DNA from: an uncultured Gammaproteobacteria bacterium
Lineage (GTDB): Bacteria; Pseudomonadota; Gammaproteobacteria; DSM-16500
Reading direction: 5' to 3'
Length of the DNA stretch: 64,000 bases
Assembly (NCBI GenBank): GCA_965653045.1
Contig: CBFGYM010000002.1
Location: 2,192-66,191 of the forward strand
Program-made: the position numbers and the translations under genes
Part shown: one piece after another, positions 47,631 to 55,673 of the stretch
Position numbering within the stretch: position 1 is the first letter of the stretch
Layout: each line of letters starts with the position of its first letter
The notes under the pieces: model-generated
What the model was told of the DNA's origin: nothing
Database searches by the model: none
What the model saw: only the letters and a program-made list of their open reading frames with translations

Positions 47631-49037
47631 ATGCCGAGTGAATCTTCTAGTTTACTTGACTACATTGATAGTATTATTAAAATAGAAAACACGCCTGAAC
47701 TCAAATATTTAACATCGAGTTTAGAGACTTATTTAATCGTTGATTCTATTGAAAATAAATTAGAAGCACTGAATCGCATTTACAAGAAATTAAAAAGGTC
47801 GCATTCAGAAGAGCAGAATCCTGTTCTTGTTGCTTTATTCTCAATCATTTTATCGAATGCCTTTCCTAACAAAAAAACCATTTCAGAAACTGACATTGAT
47901 GCAGTCAATAAGCTTTTTCGTCGTTGTTTACAGCATGGTTTCATTACGTTTTTCATCACGTTATTTGAAAATGAAACGGTTAATGACAGCGTTTTTTCAG
48001 ATCAATTACTCAATGATATTTTTGAAACGACAGGTGCGAGTCTTGGTAATAGAAAAATTAACCCAATGATTAAACATCGTAAACAATGTTACGATGCAAA
48101 TATCTATGTTCAAGATTTATTAACTCATCAATTATATTTAAGTGATCCGACAGTCACAGAAAAAGAATATATTCTTAATTATTTAAAAAATCATTTTAAA
48201 ACAGAGAAAGCACTTCGTGATTTTCAGTCTAGTCTTTTGAAACAAATTCATGAAAATCGCGCTGAAAACCAATATTATTCTAATGAAAGAAAGCCATATA
48301 AGACAGCACTTGGTTTTATCTTGCGAGTGACCTTTCCTTTATTGCAATGTAACAATTCATCCATCATTAATAGTTTTTTAGAAAAGCCGTATCGAAAACT
48401 GCCTTCTCATCAAAGTGAACTGCCGCTGCCTGTTAAACAACCAAATCGTTTTTGGTCGTTTTGTCAACGCCATCCTTATCTCGTTTCATTCGGAATTGCG
48501 CTTGGCGTGCTTGGTTTAGCTATTGGTGGATTAGCTACTTTTGGTGTTTTACATTTTCTGCTCGCAACCCCGATTATTGCTGCTGCGTTTTTTGTGCTGT
48601 CGCAAGCAACTTTAACCGGTGCTATATCACTGTTCTTAAAACCAATTAGCAGACATTTTTCTAAAACGCCTATCGTAATTCCGCAGGACAACAGAGCAAA
48701 TGAACCTAATTTAAGTTTTAATCTCTCAGCGTCTACAACGGCTATGTTACAACCTTTATTGTCTGAAACTGTAGAATTCAAAGAATGTGAAGCGTCTGAT
48801 TCCAGTGATGATCATTTAGATCAAGAAACTGAATTGTCTCTAAACAGCGTTGCATCTTCGTTACCACGTCGTAAATATTGGGTAGACGTCACTAAACCTG
48901 CGGTTATTGAATCTTCGGATGATCGTACCAATATCGCAAGACTAATTGCACGATTTACGATTAAACCCCGTACCCGAAAAACCACAAGCGTTCCAGTGAC
49001 TGAATCTACGCCACTCTTATTAAATAAAAGCTTTTAA
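47631..49037 (+). CDS. hypothetical membrane-hairpin protein (paralog 2, N-terminally extended)
   Basis: NRFWSFCQRHPYLVSFGIALG plus a hydrophobic hairpin. Blocks FKTEKALRDFQSSLLKQI and ARLIARFTIKPRTRKTT match paralog 1. Start taken at the ATG at 47631 behind GAGGGG; the track start is 47589. Confidence 0.6.
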   Translation: MPSESSSLLDYIDSIIKIENTPELKYLTSSLETYLIVDSIENKLEALNRIYKKLKRSHSEEQNPVLVALFSIILSNAFPNKKTISETDIDAVNKLFRRCLQHGFITFFITLFENETVNDSVFSDQLLNDIFETTGASLGNRKINPMIKHRKQCYDANIYVQDLLTHQLYLSDPTVTEKEYILNYLKNHFKTEKALRDFQSSLLKQIHENRAENQYYSNERKPYKTALGFILRVTFPLLQCNNSSIINSFLEKPYRKLPSHQSELPLPVKQPNRFWSFCQRHPYLVSFGIALGVLGLAIGGLATFGVLHFLLATPIIAAAFFVLSQATLTGAISLFLKPISRHFSKTPIVIPQDNRANEPNLSFNLSASTTAMLQPLLSETVEFKECEASDSSDDHLDQETELSLNSVASSLPRRKYWVDVTKPAVIESSDDRTNIARLIARFTIKPRTRKTTSVPVTESTPLLLNKSF

Positions 49038-49049
49038 AATTTTAAAAAG

Positions 49050-50468
49050 CTACCCCTTCACCAACGCATGATCCGGGTCGAATGATTTCAGCTTCCGCCA
49101 GGCGCTTTGTTGTTTTTCATCCAACTGAGCCACAAACTCTTCCAACGTCACCACCGTAATGCCTTCTAGTTCCCGCAAGGCAAAACGTCTTAACAAGGCT
49201 CGAATTTGCGGCGACCCCACCACCGATTCTTTGGTATATTTATTCGACTGCAAACGCAAAATAGTACTAATGGCTGGTTCTGCAAACGCAGTAAAGGCCT
49301 TCATGAACTTGGTTTTCGTGCGTTTTGGCAATGCTTCAATCACCTGCTCTATCGCCTCTTCCCGATACGCCTGATATTGATCTTGAATATTCTCGGCCAT
49401 CTTGCGAATTTCGCTCATTTCAATTTCCGCTCTCGCGTCTTGAATGGAGATAATATCTGCCGATTTAGTCTTGGGTGGCTGGAAATCTTGCTTAATGGCA
49501 CTGATTAAATACGCCGCCTTATTTTTCACCCTGCCCGACTTGAACCCCCGCGAACTTTCTACCATCTCAATTTTCTTTTGAATGTAGTCAGCCTCGTGCT
49601 TACTCATCAAATCATCCGCCTGCTTCTCACTGAGCTCAAATTTTGCGATTAACACGGTTTTAAGATTGGTGAGTGTATTGAGTGCCTCGGCTGTCACGCG
49701 TTGCCTGTTGCCCAAGCGTGTGCGTTTGGCGCGCTCTTTCAGCATAAAGCGCACACGCACCACCTTGCGCCCTTCTTTCCCGTACTCGGGCTCTATAATT
49801 AAATCAGAGTACATATTGACTTCTTCAATCGCTTTGTCTAACACACGGCGCTTGAAGTCACGAAAAATATCGTAGTTACCTGGCAACACACCCATTAATT
49901 TTTTGAACAAGTCCATTTCAAACCATTTGGTCTGTGGCAAACCCCGATACCGAATGCAGTTTTCATATAAGGCTAACCCGTAGCTCGACCGAAACCGAGA
50001 CTGAATGACTAAATCGATCTTGCCGAACATCGACGGTGAATGCAGCAATTGCTTCATACGCGGCGAATACGCGAAATAACACAAAGGGCCTTCCAAACTC
50101 ACACTTGCTAAAATAGAACTGGCTGTCCAATTCTCCGTGCCAGTTTTATCATCAATTAAATTCCATTCAATGATGGTTGAAATTAACCCACGCAAAGCTT
50201 CTTTAATCACGGCGTGATTATTGCCTTGATAGCCAATTAAACGACAAAGCTGCTTCACTGTTATTTCATGCTCTTCTTTTACCATCATTTCATGATAGGC
50301 ATGATACAGCAGCGCATTACTTACTTTGCGTTGTAATAAACTGAGTGTATTTGAACAGTGTATGGTTGCTGCGTGTTTTTTTAATTCACGTTTTTCCGAT
50401 ACAACTATTTCTCCCACATCCGTCACTTGTTGTCCCATTGTTGTCACATTCGCTCCCATAAATGTCAC
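49050..50468 (-). CDS. repA: plasmid-type replication initiator (Rep_3/RepB-like), start uncertain
   Basis: Winged-helix initiator-like N-terminal half (LSLLQRKVSNALLYHAY...ITVKQLCRLIGY...). Lies next to phased direct repeats and a divergent parAB. The first 19 or so codons of the track ORF are simply the iterons read in frame (VTTMG, VTDVG). Confidence 0.7.
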   Translation of the reverse strand: MTFMGANVTTMGQQVTDVGEIVVSEKRELKKHAATIHCSNTLSLLQRKVSNALLYHAYHEMMVKEEHEITVKQLCRLIGYQGNNHAVIKEALRGLISTIIEWNLIDDKTGTENWTASSILASVSLEGPLCYFAYSPRMKQLLHSPSMFGKIDLVIQSRFRSSYGLALYENCIRYRGLPQTKWFEMDLFKKLMGVLPGNYDIFRDFKRRVLDKAIEEVNMYSDLIIEPEYGKEGRKVVRVRFMLKERAKRTRLGNRQRVTAEALNTLTNLKTVLIAKFELSEKQADDLMSKHEADYIQKKIEMVESSRGFKSGRVKNKAAYLISAIKQDFQPPKTKSADIISIQDARAEIEMSEIRKMAENIQDQYQAYREEAIEQVIEALPKRTKTKFMKAFTAFAEPAISTILRLQSNKYTKESVVGSPQIRALLRRFALRELEGITVVTLEEFVAQLDEKQQSAWRKLKSFDPDHALVKG

Positions 50469-50516
50469 ACATTATCCCATAGACGTCACGAACTTTACCA
50501 TAAACGTCACATTTCA
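50412..50516 (+). repeat. five direct repeats with exact 21-bp phasing (putative iterons / oriV)
   Basis: TCCCAT-N4-GTCAC cores at 50412, 50433, 50454, 50475 and 50496 (tcccacatccgtcac, tcccattgttgtcac, tcccataaatgtcac, tcccatagacgtcac, taccataaacgtcac). An AT-rich stretch follows to 50689. Confidence 0.8.
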
Positions 50517-50689
50517 AGCGATTTATTTCTTCATTATCAATTGGTTACAACACTGTAAACAAAAGATAAACGAAAGATAAACAAAAACACAACGGCATAG
50601 CGTTGTTATTTTTATAATTTTATCTGTTTCGTGTAGCTTAACAAGTGATATAGTAAACATTATCGTAATACAACGACAGGAGTCCATTT

Positions 50690-51559
50690 ATGGAAGTCAT
50701 CGCTTTTGTTAACAATAAAGGAGGGGTTGGTAAAACAACCTGTAGTAAATTAATGGCAGAGTATTTAAGTAAACGCAAAAAAATGCGTACGCTTTGCATT
50801 GATTTCGATCCGCAATGTAATTTTTCTCATCAATATCTTGATATGGAAATTGACCCTGCAGCCCCTGAAGGGTTAATGCCACCCATTCATCCTGATTTTG
50901 ACCCTTTAAATCCGGAAGATAATGAATGGGACGGCCGTAGCAGTATTGCTGAAATTTTTTATGGTCAAGGTGTGGTTCCTTACCCAACTTATGTTGATAA
51001 ATTGGACATAGCGCCTGGACATGCAGAAAAATTACTCACCGCTGAATCAGTTCGACGTTCTGAAGTCGTCGATAAAGTTCATAAACAACTCGCACAATTT
51101 TTAAATTCACCGGATGTGAATGCTGCGTATGATGCCGTTGTGATTGATACGGCACCCTCAAAAGGGCCTTTAACTATTAGTGTGATTAAAGCAGCAACGC
51201 ATATTGTGATTCCATCAGTGATGGAAGAACAACCCGTTCAAGGGATTTATGGGATGTTGCAATTGTGGATGCAAGAATCACTCATGCGTGATAAGTCTAA
51301 GCCATTGAATTTAGTGGGAATTTTACCTAATATGTTCAAACAAACACGCTTACACAAAGATATTCTAAAAAGTCTGCAAGATAATCAAGCCATTGGTAAA
51401 TATGTATTGCCTGTGAAATTTTCACAGCGCATTGTCTTTGCTGAAGTCGATGCGGCGGATTCTGCACCGCGTTCAATTTTTGATTTTCCGGAACAACAAG
51501 TTGCAAAAGCAGAAGCGGAAGAAGTTTGTAGCCACATTGCTGAGAGGATCTTCGCATGA
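50690..51559 (+). CDS. parA: ParA-family partition ATPase
   Basis: 289 aa with the deviant Walker A motif NNKGGVGKTT. Transcribed divergently from the rep gene. Confidence 0.9.
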   Translation: MEVIAFVNNKGGVGKTTCSKLMAEYLSKRKKMRTLCIDFDPQCNFSHQYLDMEIDPAAPEGLMPPIHPDFDPLNPEDNEWDGRSSIAEIFYGQGVVPYPTYVDKLDIAPGHAEKLLTAESVRRSEVVDKVHKQLAQFLNSPDVNAAYDAVVIDTAPSKGPLTISVIKAATHIVIPSVMEEQPVQGIYGMLQLWMQESLMRDKSKPLNLVGILPNMFKQTRLHKDILKSLQDNQAIGKYVLPVKFSQRIVFAEVDAADSAPRSIFDFPEQQVAKAEAEEVCSHIAERIFA

Positions 51560-52575
51560 CACGTAAAAAACGATTTGGTATTTCAGAAGCGCTTACACGC
51601 GGTTTAAGTGAAACAATACACGTCGTCGAAAACAATACAGGACGATATCGTAATGTGGTGATGCCCTTATCACGTATTGAGCTAGACCCTGATAACCCAC
51701 GAAAATTACTATTGACCTTAAATGATGTGCGCAATGGCATTTCACCCAATGATGCTGAACACACCAAAAAGCAGCAAGAACTTGAGAGCTTGCAAGAACT
51801 GGCACATACCATCAAAACTAGCGGTGTGATCAACCCCGTCGTCGTTTATAAATTAGGTGAAACTTACCGTGTTGTGGCAGGTGAAAGAAGATGCCTTGCT
51901 TCTATTCTAGCTGGGAAGCAAGAAGTCGATGCACGTGTATTTACTGAAAAGCCCAAAGGCTTTGATTTGAAGCTGATTCAATGGATAGAAAACACAGCAC
52001 GTGAAGATTTAACCTTGGATGAGCGCCTAGGGAATGTACGCGATATTTTAAACGAATATCAACTGCAACACGGTGATGCTGATGTGACAGGCACTTTAAT
52101 TAAAAACATCACGGGTTTGTCTTTGTCTCAATCAAGCTATTACTTGGCGGCAATTACAGCACCAGAAGATGTGCGTGCCGCCATCAAAGCGGGTTCAGTC
52201 AAAAACCTTGATAAGGCTGCGCTGATTGCCGGGGTTACCGAAAAGACATTAAGACACGATATGTTAGTTGCCTGCGAGAATGGTTCTAGCTTAAAAGAAT
52301 TGAAGTTAATGTTGACCAAAACAAAGCAAACGCAAAAGCTAACCGTGGTACAACCAGCGAAAGTGACACGTGGGCGTGTCGCGAAAAAGGTGAACATGGG
52401 TTCAACAACGCAACCGAAAGTGATTAAGACATTGGTGAGTTGTGTGCTTTCGCATAAAAGCTATGATAAATTCACAACCTTATTTACAAATGTACGTTGG
52501 GATGATTTTGGTCAGTCGACGAAAGCGTTTAGAAAACTCGTTCAACTTTTGGAATCGGAAACGGCGGGATCATGA
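51556..52575 (+). CDS. parB: ParB-family partition protein
   Basis: 339 aa with the ParB-box motif VVAGERRCLASILAG. ATGA overlap with parA. Confidence 0.85.
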   Translation: MTRKKRFGISEALTRGLSETIHVVENNTGRYRNVVMPLSRIELDPDNPRKLLLTLNDVRNGISPNDAEHTKKQQELESLQELAHTIKTSGVINPVVVYKLGETYRVVAGERRCLASILAGKQEVDARVFTEKPKGFDLKLIQWIENTAREDLTLDERLGNVRDILNEYQLQHGDADVTGTLIKNITGLSLSQSSYYLAAITAPEDVRAAIKAGSVKNLDKAALIAGVTEKTLRHDMLVACENGSSLKELKLMLTKTKQTQKLTVVQPAKVTRGRVAKKVNMGSTTQPKVIKTLVSCVLSHKSYDKFTTLFTNVRWDDFGQSTKAFRKLVQLLESETAGS

Positions 52576-52934
52576 TGCAAAACAAATGTGTGACTTCAAT
52601 TAAATTGCAAAAAAATCTTCATCGACAATTGCAACGACGGATTATTGAAGACGGCTATGGGATGCGTGGTAAAAGTAAATGGATTATTGAAGCTGTTCAG
52701 TCGTTGTTAAAGATTGATGATTTTCCAACCCTGGTGGATATTGCTGAAGATATGGATCATTTAAGCGATATCGTGAGTATTCGCTTGCCTGAAGACTTAA
52801 TGGTGAAAATCGAGCAAGCTGCTATTCATGTACGTAAGCAATATCCGTTAATTGAGGGGGTTAAAAGTAATTTAATCCGTGCGAGTATCATTCAGCGCTT
52901 ACTTCGAGAGACAGCTTCGGTCACCGAAGTTTAG
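52572..52934 (+). CDS. small protein with two ribbon-helix-helix-like units
   Basis: 120 aa, with an ATGA-type overlap onto parB. Two beta-alpha-alpha units: TSIKLQKNLHRQLQRRIIE...WIIEAVQSLL and VSIRLPEDLMVKIEQAAIHV...NLIRASIIQRLL. Confidence 0.5.
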   Translation: MMQNKCVTSIKLQKNLHRQLQRRIIEDGYGMRGKSKWIIEAVQSLLKIDDFPTLVDIAEDMDHLSDIVSIRLPEDLMVKIEQAAIHVRKQYPLIEGVKSNLIRASIIQRLLRETASVTEV

Positions 52935-52989
52935 TGTAAGTCGTTGTATTTTAACAAGTTAATTAAATATTAAATAGCTGCTAAAACCC

Positions 52990-53028
52990 TCCCATAAGTG
53001 TCACATATCAAATGTGACGTTTATGGGA
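52990..53028. repeat. inverted pair of iteron-like sites followed by a T-run
   Basis: tcccataagtgtcac (52990-53004), a 9-nt spacer, then gtgacgtttatggga (53014-53028), which is the complement of tcccataaacgtcac. Followed by ggtttctttttt. Confidence 0.8.
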
Positions 53029-53092
53029 GGTTTCTTTTTTGGCGGGTGTAAAAATGTTCTATGTGGAACTTTTTTGACGGGGCGTGTGGTTG

Positions 53093-53212
53093 TCGTTCAT
53101 CCTTCGAGACGGCCTGCGGCCTCCTCAGGACGAACGGGATAGATATGCGGTTTCACCGTTCGTCCTGAGGAGCGCGTTTTCTGCGCGTCTCGAAGGACTC
53201 GAAGGGTGGACG
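53093..53212. repeat. two REP-like elements in inverted orientation
   Basis: gtcgttcatccttcgagacggcctgcggcctcctcaggacgaacggg (53093-53146) and ccgttcgtcctgaggagcgcgttttctgcgcgtctcgaaggactcgaagggtggacgg (53156-53212). Same family as at 22.8-26.3 kb. Confidence 0.85.
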
Positions 53213-53229
53213 GGATAAAACCACCCTAT

Positions 53230-53258
53230 ATGACAGGCTTAATAAAATAGCGTAGAAT
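53230..53258 (+). promoter_or_regulatory. possible sigma70-type promoter upstream of fliM
   Basis: ATGACA (53230-53235), a 17-nt spacer, then TAGAAT (53253-58). Sequence match only. Confidence 0.3.
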
Positions 53259-53293
53259 AAAAGAACGTAACAAGATAAAGGATTGCGAGCTTA

Positions 53294-54226
53294 ATGGAAG
53301 AGCGTAATGTCTTATCACCGGAAGAAGTCGAAGCCATTTTACAGGCTGCTCAAAAGAGTGGTGAGGTTGCTAATGAAGAAGCAGCCGCAGCGCCTGTGGC
53401 CGATGAAAACGGCAGCCTTATTAATACACACGCTCTCAATGTTATCTTTGATACCTTCTGTACCGAACTCGAAAACAAATTTACTGTTTTATTACGCAAA
53501 AAAGTCACAGTTAAATCTAACCCCTTCGCCGTTGCTAAAGTGTCTGAATGTTTAAAGCAAGCGTCTGAGCGCGATGTTTACTCTGCCTTTAAAATGCACC
53601 CTAGCGAATGCTATAGCATTATCTCTGTAGAATACCCTTTCTTAGATCAGTCAATTAACTTGCTCTACGGCGGCAAGATGCAAGAAAAAATTGGCGAAGA
53701 AAACTGGTGCGGAAAAATTGGGATTATTACCGGTGAAAAAATCAGCCGTGTGATTTTGGGTTGCCTTGCTGATGCCAGTAAAGAATACGGTAAAGTGGAA
53801 TACGAACACTATAAAACAAATCGTATAATCTCTAACGTCAATAATATGCAAGAAGAAGACGAAGTGTATTTTGCAACCTTTAGCCTTGTTTTTGAAGAGT
53901 TTGAGGCGAAATTTACAATTCACGTGAATAAACTTTTATTTGAAACCCTCATTCCGAATAGCGTTGGTAAAAATCAGCATCAGGATAAAGATTTTTGGCG
54001 CAGTGCGATTAAAGCAGAAATGATGGATTCTTACGTCACTGTCAGCATGAATTTAAACGATGTTAATGTAAAAGTGAAAGAATTTATGGAATTGAAAGAG
54101 GGAGATGTTATCCCTATTTCAAATCCAACGCTTGTTTACGTTTGTTTGAATCATTTAAAGCTATATCGTGCGGTGGCAGGGCAATCTAACGGGAATATGG
54201 TGGTGAAAGTCGTCAGTCAAATTTAA
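53294..54226 (+). CDS. fliM: flagellar motor switch protein FliM
   Basis: 310 aa. The N-terminal LSPEEVEAIL resembles the CheY-P binding motif (LSQxEIDALL). Middle and C-terminal SpoA-like domains; followed by fliN. Confidence 0.8.
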   Translation: MEERNVLSPEEVEAILQAAQKSGEVANEEAAAAPVADENGSLINTHALNVIFDTFCTELENKFTVLLRKKVTVKSNPFAVAKVSECLKQASERDVYSAFKMHPSECYSIISVEYPFLDQSINLLYGGKMQEKIGEENWCGKIGIITGEKISRVILGCLADASKEYGKVEYEHYKTNRIISNVNNMQEEDEVYFATFSLVFEEFEAKFTIHVNKLLFETLIPNSVGKNQHQDKDFWRSAIKAEMMDSYVTVSMNLNDVNVKVKEFMELKEGDVIPISNPTLVYVCLNHLKLYRAVAGQSNGNMVVKVVSQI

Positions 54227-54237
54227 TGGGGTGAGGC

Positions 54238-54585
54238 ATGGAAGAAAACCAGCAAAATACACCGAGTTCAACACCTGAGGCAAGCACAAGCCAAACCGTG
54301 GGCGCAACCCTAGAACAAGCTTTGTTCAAAGGTAAAGGCATGGATTTTTTAAATGACGTGCCAATCACCTTAACCATTGAGGTTGGTAGAACACAAATTA
54401 AAATTCGTGATTTATTAAATTTATCGAAAGATTCTATCGTCGATTTAAACAAAGGCGCTGGAGAACCCGTTGATATTTTTGCAAACGGAAAATTAATTTC
54501 AAAAGGGAATATCATCACAGCCAATGGAAAATACTGTGTTCGATTAACTTCAATTGCACAACCTGTCATTGAAAAATCGGAATAG
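54238..54585 (+). CDS. fliN: flagellar motor switch protein FliN
   Basis: 115 aa with SpoA domain LTIEVGRTQIKIRDLLNLSKDSIVDLNKGAGEPVDIFANGKLISKG. Confidence 0.85.
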   Translation: MEENQQNTPSSTPEASTSQTVGATLEQALFKGKGMDFLNDVPITLTIEVGRTQIKIRDLLNLSKDSIVDLNKGAGEPVDIFANGKLISKGNIITANGKYCVRLTSIAQPVIEKSE

Positions 54586-54593
54586 GGAGCTTT

Positions 54594-54908
54594 ATGATTG
54601 CGCAAGTGGTCTTAAATTTATTGCTCGTCCTTAGTTTGGCCTTTGCCTGTTATTGGGCGGCCAAAAAAATGCGTTATCGAACCGTACTGGGCGCAGCGGC
54701 AAATATTAAAATTTTGAGCATGTTATCATTGGGTACCAAAGAAAAAGTCGTATTGTTGGAAGTTGAGGGCGAAAGAGTGCTCGTGGGTGTCACACCACAG
54801 CAAATGACGACTTTATTTCATATCAGCGAGCGTACTTCAGAGTCGAAATTGCACAATTTCAATGAAATATTTCAAAAAAAATTCAGTGAAACAAGTGAGC
54901 AAGCATGA
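54594..54908 (+). CDS. fliO: flagellar biosynthesis protein FliO
   Basis: 104 aa with a single N-terminal TM helix and the KVVLLEVEGERVLVGVTPQQMTTL core, in the fliN-fliP position. Confidence 0.75.
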   Translation: MIAQVVLNLLLVLSLAFACYWAAKKMRYRTVLGAAANIKILSMLSLGTKEKVVLLEVEGERVLVGVTPQQMTTLFHISERTSESKLHNFNEIFQKKFSETSEQA

Positions 54909-55657
54909 TTAAGCGAGTACGTTACTGGCAATGGGGCTTGGGCTTCGCACTTCTCATGGTGTGTGGTGTTGCTTGTGCCGGCATTAGTGATGTGCCTTTA
55001 ATTGTTGCCAAGCAAACTAACAATGTCACCAGCTACAGCTTAAGCATTAAAATTATCGCGTTAATGACATTATTAACGGTCATGCCTGCCTTATTAATAA
55101 CAACCACCGCATTTACTCGCATCATTATTGTGCTTGCCATTTTAAGACAAGCCATTGGCATTCCTAACGTACCGACAAACCAAATTCTCATTGGGTTAGC
55201 GTTGATTATGACCTTATTTGTAATGCGGCCCGTGATTGATCATGTAAATGAAGTGAGTGTGCAGCCGTATATGGCTGGGAAAATCACTGAAGAAGCCGCA
55301 ATCACCGCCGCAATGGTTGATTTAAAAGCTTTTATGATGAAGCAAACACATAAAAGTGACTTAAATTTATTTTATAAATTATCGAAAACACCGGTTGCAA
55401 CCAATGGAGACCACCCATTTTTAGTGGTTCTGCCAGCCTACATTACCAGTGAATTGAAAACCTCATTTGAAATTGGATTTTTAATTTTTATTCCTTTTTT
55501 AATTATCGATTTAGTGGTTGCCAGTATTTTAATGTCTATCGGGATGATGATGTTATCACCGATGATTATTTCATTACCGTTTAAAATTCTATTCTTTGTT
55601 TTGGTCGATGGTTGGAGTCTCATTGCAGCGAGTTTGGTGACCAGTTTCCGTGTTTAA
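54905..55657 (+). CDS. fliP: flagellar export gate protein FliP
   Basis: 250 aa with a signal-like N-terminus and conserved FliP blocks (FTRIIIVLAILRQAIG, GFLIFIPFLIIDLVVASILMSIGMMMLSP). Confidence 0.9.
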   Translation: MIKRVRYWQWGLGFALLMVCGVACAGISDVPLIVAKQTNNVTSYSLSIKIIALMTLLTVMPALLITTTAFTRIIIVLAILRQAIGIPNVPTNQILIGLALIMTLFVMRPVIDHVNEVSVQPYMAGKITEEAAITAAMVDLKAFMMKQTHKSDLNLFYKLSKTPVATNGDHPFLVVLPAYITSELKTSFEIGFLIFIPFLIIDLVVASILMSIGMMMLSPMIISLPFKILFFVLVDGWSLIAASLVTSFRV

Positions 55658-55673
55658 CGGATGATGGAGCGCT

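Noticed and set aside
50412-50468. The first 19 or so codons of the rep ORF as genuine protein sequence.
   Set aside because: The peptide periodicity (VTxMG) simply mirrors the 21-bp DNA repeats. The gene is kept, but its start is flagged as uncertain.
53041-53293. I searched upstream of fliM for a sigma-54 (TGGCAC-N5-TTGC) or sigma-28 (TAAA-N15-GCCGATAA) promoter.
   Set aside because: Only TGGCGGgtgtaAAAA at about 53044-53058 was found, and it lacks the TTGC element. There is no sigma-28 match either. Only a weak sigma70-like match is reported.
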